This document shows, in pieces, positions 12,194 through 24,589 of a stretch of 64,000 bases of DNA. The notes beneath the pieces were generated by a model. That model was not told the origin of the DNA. It ran no database searches and saw nothing but the letters and a program-made list of their open reading frames with translations. The stretch is from Camelus ferus (taxonomy: Eukaryota), in contig NC_045697.1 of assembly GCF_009834535.1 (NCBI RefSeq), positions 112,222,001 to 112,286,000 on the forward strand, in the 5' to 3' direction. A program made the position numbers and the translations under genes. Positions within the stretch are counted from its first letter, which is position 1; each line of letters starts with the position of its first letter.

Positions 12194-14212
12194 TTATTTT
12201 ATTTTATTTTAACATTTTTTAGATTGAGTTATAATCATTTTACAATGTTGTGTCAAAGTTCCAATGTGGCGCACAATTTTCACTTATACTTGAACACACA
12301 TATATTCATTGTCACATTTTTTTTTCGCTGTGAGCTACCATAAGATCTTGTATATATTTCCCTGTGTTATACAGTATAATCTTGTTTATCTATTCTGCAT
12401 TTTGAAATCCCGGTCTGTCCCTTCCTACCCCATTCCCCCTTGGCAACCACAAGTTTGTATTCTATGTCTATGAGTCTGTTTCTGTTTTGTATTTATGTTT
12501 TTTTGTTTGTTTGTTTTTGTTTTTTTAGATTCTGCATATGAGCGATCTCACATGGTATTTTTCTTTCTCTTTCTGGCTTACTTCACTTAGAATGACATTC
12601 TCCAGGAATATCCATGTTGCTGCAAATGGTGTTATGTTGTCAGTTTTTATGTCTGAATAGTATTTCATTGTATAAATATACCACAGCTTCTTTATCCAGT
12701 CATTTGTTGATGGACATTTAGGCTGTTTCCATGTCTTGGCTACTGTCATTTTGAAGTAGGGTTCCTTCTGGGTATATGCCCAGGAGTGGGATTCCTGGGT
12801 CATACGGTAAGTCTATTCCTAGTCTTTTGAGGAATCTCCATACTGTTTTCCACAGTGGCTGCACCAAACTGCATTCCCACCAGCAGTGTAGGAGGGTTCC
12901 CTTTTCTCCACAGCCTCTCCAGCATTTGTCATTTGTGGACTTTTGAATGATGGCCATTCTGGCTGGTGTGAGGTGATACCTCATTGTAGTTTTGATTTGT
13001 ATTTCTCTGATAATTAGTGATGTTGAGCATTTTTTCATGTGCCTAGTGATCATCTGTATGTCTTCCTTGGAGAATTGCTTATTTAGGTCTTCTGCCCATT
13101 TTGGGATTGGGTTGTTTGTTTTTTTCTTATTAAGTCATATGAGCTGCTTATATATACTGGAGATCAAGCCTTTGTCGGTTTCATTTGCAAAAATGTTCTC
13201 CCATTCCATAGGTTGTCGTTTTGTTTTACTTAAGATTTCCTTTGCTGTGCGGAAGCTTGTAAGTTTCATTAGGTCCCATTTGTTTATTCTTGCTTTTATT
13301 TCTGTTGCTTGGGTAGACTCTTCTAGGAGAACATTTTTGAGATGTGAGATAATGTTTTGCCCATATTTTCTTCTAAGAGGTTTGTTGTATCTTGTCTTAT
13401 GTTTAAGTCTTTGATCCATTTTGAGTTTATTTTTGTGTATGGTGTAAGGGAGTGTTCTAGCTTCATTGAGTTACATGCTGCTGTCCAATTTTCCCAACAC
13501 CATTTGCTGAAGAGACTGTCTTTATTCCATTGTATATTCTTGCCTCCTTAGTTGAAGATTAGTTGACCAAAAGTTAGTGGGTTCATTTCTGGGCTCTCTA
13601 TTCTGTTCCATTGGTCCATATGTCTGTTTTTGTACCAATACCATGTTGTTTTGATTACTGTAGCTCTATAGTATTATCTGAAGTCTGGGAGGGTTATTCC
13701 TCCAGCCTCTTTCTTTTTCTTCAGTAATGCTTTGGCAATTCTAGGTCTTTTGTGGTTCCATATAAATTGTATTATGATTTGTTCTAGTTGTGTGAAATAT
13801 GTCCTGGTTAATTTGATAGGGATTGCATTAAATCTGTAGATTGCCTTGGGCAGTATGACCATTTTAACAATATTGATTCTTCCAATCCAGGAGCATGGGA
13901 TACCTTTCCATTTTTTTAAGTCTTCTTTAATTTCCTTATTCAGCATTTTATAGTTTTCCATGTATAAGTCTTTCACCTCCTTGGTTAGATTTACTCCTTG
14001 GTATTTTATTACTTTGGGTGCTATCTTAAAGGGGATGGATTGTTTCTTTACTTTCTTTTCCTGCTGATTCATCGTTAGTGTAAAGAAATGCAACTAATTT
14101 TTGAATGTTAATCTTGTAACCTGCTACCTTGCTGAATTCTTTGATTATTTCTAGTAGTTTTTGTCTGGACCTTTTAGGGTTTTCTATATATAGTATCATG
14201 TCATTGCATCTT
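12194..14212 (-). mobile_element. 5'-truncated L1 (~2 kb, ORF2 RT C-terminal part to 3' UTR), frameshifted
   Basis: ORF2 peptides [41 protein letters not shown]. Probable TSD GCTGTGT(G/A)TTTA at 12182-12193 and 14213-14224. Confidence 0.95.
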
Positions 14213-15444
14213 GCTGTGTATTTAGATTGGCAAATGCTCCCATTCTCCACCCCAGGGGAGAAAAGCAACCTCAAAAATCCAAGTGACCTCTTAGATGCTG
14301 CCTTCATTTGGAGTCTTGAAGCCTCTAGTCTTTAACAGAATTATTCTTTTCTCTTGCTTTTCTGGTTGTTCCAGAGAGTAATGTTGGTCATTGTGAGTTG
14401 CTCCACCATACTGCCAGCTGAAGTGGGCCATTACTTTTCACTAATTACAAAAATAGATGTGTAGAGATGCAAGATAAAGATGAAGACCTGGTGATAAAGC
14501 TGGAGTTAGGAATCGCAGTAATCTCAGCCTACAGGTTCCTAGGCAACACAGCTGACTCCAAGCCGATTTGATTTAAAAAAAGGATTCCTATAAAAAGAGG
14601 TCAGATTCTACTAATTGATTATATTATATACAGTATGATTTGGAAACAGTTTGTTTCCTTTTCAAGGTAGAACTTAGCAACAGTGAAACCCAATAATTCA
14701 AATGGCTAGTAAATTTAAATTCATGGTAAGTGAACACAATTGGCAAAACTTTTCTTTTCTTAGGAGTGATACACACACACATTTGTGTATAAAAAATAAC
14801 ACTGTCTGAATGTAAGTGCCCCATGATTTAGGAATCATCCTAATCTTCAGATAAATTCTACATATAAGGAATAAATAATATGTGACATCTGGAGCCTCCC
14901 TCTTCTTAGGAACAACTGTCCTTTGTTTTTCAAATTGTTACTCCAAAAAGCGGGAGATACAGACTGGTATCTCATCATATGCGTATAACAGAGTTAACAA
15001 GGTAATAATATATCAACTTTTTTTCTAATTGGTATATGGGTAAAACTCAGAATACATTTCTTCCAGAATAAATGTAATAAATCATGGTCAGTTGTATTAG
15101 AAGTCATGTCTCTAACGACACACTTAAAGCATGACCTAAATTAATTATACTTCTATGTATTAGCCTAGAAGTTTTGTTGAATCTGTCTAGGATGGATGGG
15201 TACTCAAGGTGAATGAAAACATGTAATGCTATTTCTAAGTGACTGTATGTCTCAGGCAACATATGAGAAACCACTGGCTTTTCGGGACACAGTCAGGTGG
15301 AAGTTGGAGAGTGCCCAGATGAGCTCTTCCATTCAGGGTTCTATGGTCCATCAGGAAATTCAGTGATGCTTGGTGAGAGTGATCAAACAGGTACTGTGCA
15401 GTTGCTGGCTCATTGTTTGGGACTGACACTCCAGTGAGTGATAC

Positions 15445-15545
15445 TTTTTTTTTTTTAACCATTATTTTAAAAATTGAAGTATAGTTAGTTACAACGTTGT
15501 GTCAATTTCTGGTGCACAGCATGGTTTCAGTCATACATACACAAA
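15445..15545 (-). mobile_element. Short L1 3' terminal fragment
   Basis: TTGAAGTATAGTTAGTTACAACGTTGTGTCAATTTCTGGTGCACAGCA matches the other L1 3' ends in the window. Confidence 0.75.
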
Positions 15546-17354
15546 CTTTGATTCTCATAGGTGTTTCACGTGCCTCTTGGGCCCTGCTTGACTGTGAGTG
15601 TCTGTCTATGACTGTGGCAAACACTGTAGGCAGGCAGTGACTCAGCCCTGCTGAATTCTTACCTTGAGCTTGTGCCGAGTATCTTTTGCTTTCTGCTCTT
15701 ATGTCTCCCTCTGCCCCAGGAAATGCAGCCTAGAAGTAGGAGGAGCGGAAATGAAATAGAAACAGTTCTGAGAGGCTTTCTCTAGGGCCCCAGAAGATCC
15801 AGGTTGGGTGGAACCTCAGTTGGCCATGATTATGACCCAACTCCACACACCTGTATTGGCTTTTTTTTTTTTTTTTTTTTTTTTGCCTGTTTACTTGAGA
15901 GCTGGTGCTTCTTTCTTATCTCTGGGATCACCTTCTACTATTTGCATGTAAGTTTTTCTTTCAGACACTGCTTTTGTAGGAAACTTGGCCTAAAGAATGT
16001 GGTAAATAAGCTTTTATTCTTTCAAGGAGAATGGAAAAAAAAAAGCAAGAAAAAGAATCAGCCTTAAAGCCTAAGCCACATCCATTCATAATGAGAGGAA
16101 ATGATAAGAAAAAAGCTAGAACAAAGTATTTCTCAAAGTACTTTATTTACAGAGTCATCATTTTTAGGTCACCCAGTGGGATTATTTAAATAATTTTTTT
16201 AGTAACTATGAGGTCATCTGTTTATCTAATAATTAATTTCCCACCCTCTCTCCTTTTTAAGTTCCCTTTAATATATACATACTGGTGATCCACGCTACAC
16301 CGTGTATTCAGTGAAGTCTTGGTGATATGTTGATTCAAAAATGTGGCAGGATTCCTGTCTCTTTGGAGAGTTTTACTTTGTGAAATTAATTAAACAATCA
16401 CACAAGCAAATGCACATGTGCAAGACTGAATGCACCGAAGGACAGGTGCATACTGATGAGAAAGCCAGGGGAGTCTGACTTAGTTCCACTGTGGCAAAAT
16501 GTCCCAGATATTAAAGAATGAAGTGTGTGTGCGTGTGCATGATTGTGTTTGTGTGTGCTGGTGGCAGTAAGGAGGGTCGTCACCAATACATGAGATGCTA
16601 TATTAGCAAAAAAAGAAGTATATGAAGGATCTGGGGAGAACACTGTATGCTGTATACTGATTAACAAAATTGAAAGTAAGGAATATTTGGAAAATATGAG
16701 AACTGTAGGAATCGATCATTTTAAGTTAGTAAATTTCTAAATAGAGTTGAAAAAAGGGAGGGAGATATTCATTTATTTGTTGCTCAGTTTCTTTGTCCTA
16801 GCTTGTGATCTCCTAAAAATCGTATCAAAGACTTTATAAGTTCTACATATCTAAGTAGTGTAACGTTGTTATAAAATGTGGGTAGCTTCACTAGTTATCT
16901 GTAGATTCTTAGGGGGGTGGAATTATTAAAAGGTAGACTTTTCTCTTTTAAAAGTATTTCAACTACAATTTGACGTGAAGTTGCCTTGAACAGTGTACAC
17001 AGGAGTCTGCCTGCCCTGAAGCCCAGGGCGCGGCCACGTGTGGTTAGTCCCAACTCAGTTCCCGCACTGAGGTTTAATAGAGTCAAATTTCTATTTACTT
17101 ACAGAGGCTTGGGTTTGGGTTCTGCTAATTTCTCCCAAGTTTGAAATTTAAGGAACTAAAGACAAATTATTTCCCACTTAGAGCTATATTTCCTTTGATA
17201 TTTCTTAGCAATTTTGCCTTAATAGAACCCAAAGTTTTATTCTAGACACAGTGTGAAATGACCCTTTAAGATTTAGCATAGTATATATATATATATATAT
17301 ATTAGCTCTTGCTAGTTATTCTCCCATTTTGATGAGATAATTTGGCTTATTTTT

Positions 17355-17520
17355 CTTTATCATTATTATTTTTTAGTTTTTTTTTTTGGGTAGTGGAGTT
17401 AATTAGGTTAATTTATTCTTTTTTTTTTTTTTTTTTTAAGAGGAGGTACTGGGGATTGAGCCCAGGATCTTGTGCAAACTAAGCATGCACTTTACCACTT
17501 TCACTATACCCGCCCCTCCC
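17355..17520 (-). mobile_element. vic-1-like tRNA-Ala-derived camelid SINE
   Basis: Reverse complement of GGGTATAG...GTGGTAAAGTGCATGCTTAG...CCTGGGCTCAATCCCCAGTACCTCC plus A-rich tail. TSD 17339-17354 / 17521-17536 (14/16). Confidence 0.85.
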
Positions 17521-17838
17521 AACTTGGTTTATTTTTATAGGTTACTTTTAAACTTAATCTTTTATGAAATCTCTTAATCCTGTGAATATGTCTTATTTTT
17601 AGACGTATAATAAATAAGTGGATAAGCAAGTATTGATTTAGCGAGTACAACATGTAAGAAAGATTTGTGCCATGAGCAATGACAGGGAATAAGACAGGAA
17701 TGGAGGAATTAATTGGGCAGATTATTAAGATATTGAATAACAAGTGTAAAAGGTAAAGTCTAGGACTTTTTGATTTGTTTCTTGTGACATTCATGGTAGA
17801 AGATAACCACCCCTAGACAGAAAAACAAACTCAGAAAA

Positions 17839-17940
17839 ATATTGAAATCCCTATTCACTAGTGAGGTGACTAATGAAATTGCTTAACATGTTTGAATGCT
17901 GGTTTCCTTATCTGCAAAATATGAATACTAGTGCTTTCCC
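17839..17940 (+). mobile_element. MIR fragment (duplicate copy 1)
   Basis: TTGCTTAAC...TTTCCTTATCTGCAAAATATGAATA; ~88% identical to 19122-19215. Confidence 0.65.
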
Positions 17941-19084
17941 TATTTTTTAGACCAAAAGTAAGAAAACAAGTCTTAACAATAGTGATCATAGACCCTCTTT
18001 CTATGGACTTTTGTTATGAGGCTGAACCATAGTTGGCAACTTACAGAAATTGTTAACAGTGATGCAAAAGGTGTTAAATTTTTTTTCCATCATATATTTC
18101 CCAGGAACCCAAAAAGCCCAAAAATATATTTTGGGGACAAGTGAAAGGGATCTTGGTATTTGAAGTCTATGTACAATAATCTGCTTTTCATTAAACAATA
18201 AAAGAAAGTATTTCAAAATGTTGCTGGTAGTCATAGGACTATAGTTAGTTTTTCTCTCCTATTTTTCTTTACTTTCCAAATACATTTTTCATAAGTCTGA
18301 TTTATCTGCATAATAAAAGTGTGAATAAATATTTCTTGAATGAAAAAAAAATGAGTACCTGAAGCACAACTTCAAAGTGATAACCTCTTAAATTTGAATG
18401 GTTCTTTTGTGGGTGTTTGTTACTTTTTAATACTTTTCTGCATGTATACGTACATTTTTATGATAAAGTTATTTATAGAGAAAAAATGATGTAAAAAGAA
18501 TCTTCTATCACTTGCTAAGTTACACTCTATGGCGATACATCTAGTGCAAAAATCTCTTTGAATAATTTCCCTCTCAGTAGTAGGAGACAACATATGCTTG
18601 GCTTTTTCTTCCTGGGATCCAAGAATTAATGTTTGTTTCCAATAAACTGTAGAGGAAACTGTTGATTATCCTCACTAAGTTGTCCTAATAAATAACTAAG
18701 AGAAGAATTTAATATTGCCAAGTTTTGCTTTTATGTGTTTTCATGAAGAGTAAAGAGTTATCCACATTTTTTTGCCTTCCTTTTTAATTTTTTTTTTTTT
18801 TTTATGATGGTAAGAACTGTGTGAATTACAGGCTCTGAACTCACAAACTCCTTGGTCCTGCGTGGGCACCACAGGGGTGGTAATCTGATCATGCCCACTT
18901 CATCAAGTGGGTGCTGGGGTGGGAAAGGGGGGGTGTCTGTGCTTTTAGAGGTGAAATGCTTTTAGTTAGTTCTTCCTCAATGAGTGAAAAATGATTATAC
19001 TTTACTTGGGGAAATATTGGTCCATAAATAAATTTTGGAAATTGGTTTTAAACAGAAAGACTGTTTCCCTATGAGAGGAATGGT

Positions 19085-19310
19085 AAACAGTGGCAGTTGG
19101 AAAAAGCTCAAACTCTATGCCATATTGAAATCCTCACTCACTAGTGAGGTGACTAATCAAATTGCTTAACGTTTTTGAGTGTTGATTTCCTTATCTGCAA
19201 AACATGGATACTAGTATCTTCCTACTAGAGTTGTTATGAGCATTGAAGGTAGTAAGTAAATTCTTTAATAAACAGTAGGTATTTAATGCAAGTAATTTAT
19301 TAATAGTTCA
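19085..19310 (+). mobile_element. MIR SINE (duplicate copy 2)
   Basis: MIR core TTTCCTTATCTGCAAAACATGGATACTAGTA...GAGTTGTTATGAGCATT. Confidence 0.7.
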
Positions 19311-21034
19311 TACCATTATTAAAACTAATATTATGTACTCTTTAAATTATCAGAAATATATAAATATGTGTATGTATTTAAATAAGATCTATGTTACACA
19401 TTTTAAGCCTGAGTTATTCTGGCACTTTTTAGATGTGGATGAAATTTGAAGGTTTAGCTGCATGAGAAACTAAAAAGTTAACAACGACCACCACCACTAT
19501 GAATGAATGAATGAATAAATGAATGAATAGTATTAATCGGTATCAGTTTATAGTGAGTGCTTTTATTTTTCCTTTTTCACTTTTTTTTACTATTAAATTT
19601 TCAATGGTGAGAGCATATCACTTTGATAATAGCAATATGAAGGAAGCTTTATTTGGATAATAAATAATTTGCTGAATTGTTAGTTTGTGAATCATATACA
19701 GCATGAACTTTCAATCTGATATCCAAGGGTATTTTTACTATTTAATAGTAGGATAATAAACACAATGCAAAAGAAAAGAACAAATATGAAGTTTTTCAAT
19801 GTTTTTGTAGCTGTAAAACTACAAAGTCAAATAGATTAGTTGTAAAAAACTTAAATAATAGGAGGTATTAGAGTGAAAAGACAAAGTCCCTCTTTAATTC
19901 CCTCCAAACTCAAAAGTATTGACTTTCTTGTTGAGATATAGCCAAAATTTAGACATTTTATGCTCCTATATATCGTATATGTTTATGCTCAGATATATTA
20001 GGACATACACGTTTTAATAAACACATGCTGTGTCTCATCTTTTTATCATTATCTCTCAGATATCTTTTTCATGTCAATACAGTCTACCAACTGTATGTTA
20101 ATACATTTTGGGCATATTTAGCAATTTAACTTCTAGGAAAATTCTTTCATGTGGGCACAAAAAGACATGAGTTTATGGGAGTATTATTTGGAGTAATTTA
20201 AAAATTCTAAAAATCACCGATTACAGTATCAATGTAATTGAATGCTGTATAGAAGTTGAAGTGAATGAACAGAAATTTGTATGTTGAAGTGGGTCAATCT
20301 ATGAAATTTAGCTTGAATGAAAAAGAAGTTTGTAAATTATAATGTTACATCACTTTTACAACTTTACAGACAAAATGTAATTCTATATATTAGTTATAGA
20401 TACTTAAATTTGTAGTAAAATTGTTAAAGTGTGGTCACAGTGTTGAGAGAGCAATTTCTATTTTTAGTAGATCTTTGTAGCTTTATGAAATTTCTGTCCA
20501 TAATGGTTGTACTGGTTTACATGCCCTTAAGCAACTGGAGTATAAGACTTCTTATTTTATTCCATGTATGTTTATAGCTTTGATATTTTCTTTTCTTTTA
20601 TTTGGCTGGTACTGTTGAGCATCACTTTCTATTTATAAGAATCTTTCAATTTTGTAAATTGTCTTTTAAATACTTAAACCAACCCCCCCTCCCCACTCCA
20701 AACCCCACACCTGTGTGCATAACCAATTGTCCTAGTTTAATTTTTCCTTTTGATTAACTCTGGCATATATTACAGGTTTATTTTTGATTCTCTATTCTGT
20801 TCTATCGGTTTATTTGTCTAATCCTGTGCCAATTTGATACTCAGTTCTTTATAATCCTTTAGACATTATAAGCAGTCTTTATATCTGTTAGGAAAAGCTC
20901 CACTCCTCATGAAACTGAGGGTAGTTATCCGTTTGCCATTAATAAATAATAAACTGTAACCTGCCTTCACTAATCAGGTTCTTTTAAATTGTTTTTAATA
21001 AAAACTTGCACATCCTGGCTAAACATCAGATCTC

Positions 21035-21175
21035 TTCTACATAGCACAGGCAGCTATCTTCAATATGTTGTATTATGAAAAGGAATACATGCATGACTGA
21101 AATACGCTGTACACCAGACATTGACACAACATTGTAAACTGACTATGCTTCAAGAAAAAAAAAAAAGAAAAAAAA
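21035..21175 (+). mobile_element. Short L1 3' end with poly(A) tail
   Basis: ATAGCACAGG...CATTGTAAACTGACTATGCTTCAAG followed by an A-tail. Confidence 0.85.
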
Positions 21176-21189
21176 CCTTGCAGGTCCTC

Positions 21190-21670
21190 CACGTGGCATG
21201 TAGCCTAAACAGTAAGATGCTTGCCCAAGTTGCTTTTTAGGAACTTGGAGTCAGCTATGTCCGGTTGGACCTACAGCTGAGAAAGACTCATTATGACCAC
21301 CGCCCTCCAACTGGGCATGCGCGAGTATCCACTCATGACCTTTTGAGGTTAGAGGGCAAAAAGCTACGCCCTCGGGGCATGCGCGTGCTGCTGCTGTCTG
21401 CGCATGCGTTCCATGGAAACGCCTGGAGGGTGGTCGCGCCTGCACAGAATGACCGTGACTTCACTGTCGTCTTATCTCCAATTACTTTTCCCCACGCTCC
21501 CCACGCCTCAGCTTTATCCCAGGAATACGCCGAGCCCCTCAACTGGGAGGCAGAGCTGAGGCTTGTTCTCCCGTCTCCCACTTGGCTGCCTCCTGAACAA
21601 GCCCTTTCTTTGCTGCAAACGTCGGCGTCTCGGCGTTTGGCTTGCGGCGGGACAGGCTGGTGAAACTGGT
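21190..21670. promoter_or_regulatory. Intronic promoter-like CpG patch with NRF1 and RFX motifs
   Basis: E-box CACGTG 21190-21195; NRF1-type GCATGCGC at 21315 and 21377, TGCGCATGCG 21399-21408; RFX X-box GTTCCATGGAAAC 21408-21420; local CpG enrichment; candidate donor CTG|GTAGGG at 21669. Confidence 0.7.
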
Positions 21671-21849
21671 AGGGTAACCTTCATTTAAAAAAGTTTTCTT
21701 GTCTGTTCTTATTAACTTTTCCTGGTTATTTTAGAGCCTGCCTGTTAAATTCCACAAAACATTCTCTGTGATGGATATTCTTTGGTTGCTTCTTTAGATC
21801 ATTTCTCCGCGGAGTTACATCCCTTGTGCTTCTTTGTCTTCCGACTAGT

Positions 21850-22500
21850 AGTTGAGTTGAGCCACAGCGGGATTTGGCAGCAGAAGATTGGGGTGTCGGA
21901 GAGAGAGAGGTAAGAGAATTTATTCCTCTGGCCCCTTCTCTGGTCCTTGGCAGATTGGCAGTAAATGCATCCTTCTATGCCTGCAAGCCCTTACACAGTA
22001 GGTACTTGCTTTGTCTATGGTTTTGCTTTCTGAGGTTTCGGTTACTGTGGTCAACCTCCTTCAGAAAATATTACATGGAAAATTCCAGAAATAATCTATA
22101 AGGTTTAAATTGTGCGCCATTCGGAGTAGTGTGATGGAATCTTGCACCTCCCAGCTCATCCTGCCCAGGACTTGAATCCTTGTCCGGTGGACCAACGCTG
22201 TTATACACTACCTGTCTGTTAGTGCTGTAGGAAAAAACGTCGTGTATTTAGGTTCGGCACGATCTGAGGTTTCGGGCGTCCAGTGTGGGATTTGGAACAT
22301 ATGCTCAGTGGATAAAAGGAGGCTAGCGTGTTACAAAGCTCCATCTGCATCCGGAGGCTGTAACACCGTATCTTCCCTTTGCCCCATCAAGCCTGGGAGG
22401 TAGTGGTGGTTGTGGCAGCAGAGGGGTAAATACCAGCATCCTTCTCTCAACCAATCATTACGCTTCAGCACTTAGTCCCTTTGGTGGTGATAGCTCTTTC
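21850..22500. mobile_element. LTR33-like (ERVL) LTR split by a MER44 insertion
   Basis: GAGAGAGAGGTAAGAGAATTTATTCCTCTGGCCCC and CCTTTGCCCCATCAAGCCTGGGAGGTAGTGG match remembered LTR33 consensus on either side of MER44. Confidence 0.55.
21996..22330. mobile_element. MER44 (Tigger7-derived) DNA transposon, internally deleted
   Basis: GGTTTCGGTTACTGTGGTCAACC...GAAAATTCCAGAAATAA...AAATTGTGCGCCATTC and right end GGTTCGGCACGATCTGAGGTTTCGGGCGTCCA...GGATAA match MER44. Confidence 0.8.
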
Positions 22501-23034
22501 CTTCAAGCTTCTGACATACACCTTGTCGGGATTGGAAGTGCATTGATTCTGTAGTTTAATTTGAAAGAACTGTCATTTTTACGGTGGAGCCTTTCTACCC
22601 ATATATATGTTACCGTCTCTATTTATCTAGTCCTGTGTGCTTTCATGATGTTATCAACTTTTTTCTATAAAGATCTTGCTTAGTTTTTATGAGATTTATT
22701 CCCAGGATTACTATCGTTTTTGTGGTAATTGTGAATGAGCTGTTTATAAAGATACATGTTCTAAATGGTTTTTGGTGATGGATATTGATTTCTACATGTT
22801 GGTTTTCCATCCAGGAAACTTACTATTTTATTTCTTCAAATAGATTTTTTAGAAGTTCTCTTCTATAGGCTAGGTCGGTAATCATATTGTCTCTGTGTAA
22901 TAAAAACATTAATAACAATAATTACTAAAATTTATTGAGAACTGACTTTTTAGAAAGACATGCTTTAGTCACTCACTTAATCTTCATTTCAGTCCTGTGA
23001 TATGGAAATTATTATCTTGCGTTTATATTTTAAT

Positions 23035-24452
23035 TTTTTTATTTAAAAAATTTTTTTCAGCTTTATTGAGATATAATAGACATACAACATTATGTACGTT
23101 TAAAGTATACAATGTGATGACTTGATATATTTACATATTGTGAAATGATGACACAATAAGTTTAGTTAACATATCCATCCTCTCATATAGTTTATTTTTT
23201 GTGTGTGGTGAGAAATTTAAGGTCTACTGTCTTAGCAAGTTTCACATATAGAATACATTAACTAGTCACCACACTGTACATTACATCTCCAGGAGTAACT
23301 TAACTTATAATTAGAGTTTCCGCCATTTTACCTCCTTCACCTACTACTGCACCCGCCCCCCGCCCCAAGCCCCAGGCAGCCATCATCCCACTCTCTGTTT
23401 ACCTGAGTTTGGGGGTTTTTGATTGTGCACGTAAATAAGATCTGTTTCTCTGACTTACTTCACTTAGCTTAATATCTTTAAAGTTTCAGCCTTAAGTTGT
23501 TGCAAATGGCAGGATTTCCTGTTTTTTAATGACTGAATAATATTCCAAAATACATGCACAATATGCTAATATATATTAATATATACATATATATCATGTT
23601 TTCCTAATCCATTCGTCTATCAATAGACACTTAGGTTGTTTCCATATTTCCATGTCTTGGCTATTATGAATAATGCTGCAATGAACTTAGGGGTTCTGAT
23701 ATCCCTTTGATACAGTGATTTCATTTCCTTTAAATATATAGACAGGAGTGGAATTTCTGGACCATATGGCAGTTCTATTTTTAACTTTTTGAAGAGCCTC
23801 CATACTGTTTTACATGATGGCTGTAACTGTTTACATTCCCACCGATAGTATACAAGGCTTCCTTTTTCTCCACATCCTCACCAGCACTTGCTATCACTTG
23901 TCTTTTTAATAACAGCCATCCTAGGAAGAGTGAGGTGTTATCTCATTGTCATGTTGGCTTGCATTTCCCTGATGATTAGTGATGTTGAGCACCTTTTCAG
24001 GTACCTATTGGCCATTTGTGTATGTCTTCTTTGGAAAAATGTCTATCCAGGCCCTCTGCCCATTTTAAAAATTGAAATATTACTATTATTTTGTTGTTGT
24101 TATTGAGCTGCATGAATTTCTTAACATATTTTGGATATTAACCCCTTATCAGATAGATGGTTTGCAAATATTTCTCCCATTCCATAGGTTACCTTTCTGT
24201 AGGTTCATTTTATTGATTATTTCTTTGGTTGTGAAGAAGCTTTTTAGTTCAATTGCAGTCCCACTGGTTGATTTATTTTTGCTTTTGTTGCTTGCACTTT
24301 TGGTGTCACATTTAAAACTTACTGCCGAGACCAAGGTCAAGAGTTTTTTTATTGTGTTTTCTTCTAAGAGTTTTATGGTTTTAGATCTTACATTTCAGTC
24401 TTTAATGCTTTTTAATTTTTGTGAGTAATGTAATATATAAGAATCCAGTTTT
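23035..24452 (-). mobile_element. L1 (L1MA-like) 3' portion
   Basis: GCTTTATTGAGATATAAT 3' UTR start and reversed ORF2 C-terminus (CATTTCCCTGATGATTAGTGATGTTGAGCACCTTTTC). Confidence 0.9.
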
Positions 24453-24580
24453 GCTAATCAAGAAAAAAAGAGAGAGCACTCAAAATCAGAAATAAAAGAG
24501 GAGACATTATAACTGATACCACAGAGATACTTCAGGAACATGAGACTACTATGAACAATTGTAGGCCAGTAAATTGGACA
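24453..24580 (+). mobile_element. L1 ORF2 fragment in opposite orientation, abutting the previous L1
   Basis: Encodes LIKKKRE...IRNKRGDIITDTTEI...DYYEQL (with frameshifts), typical ORF2 sequence between the EN and RT domains. Confidence 0.8.
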
Positions 24581-24589
24581 GTTCTATCA

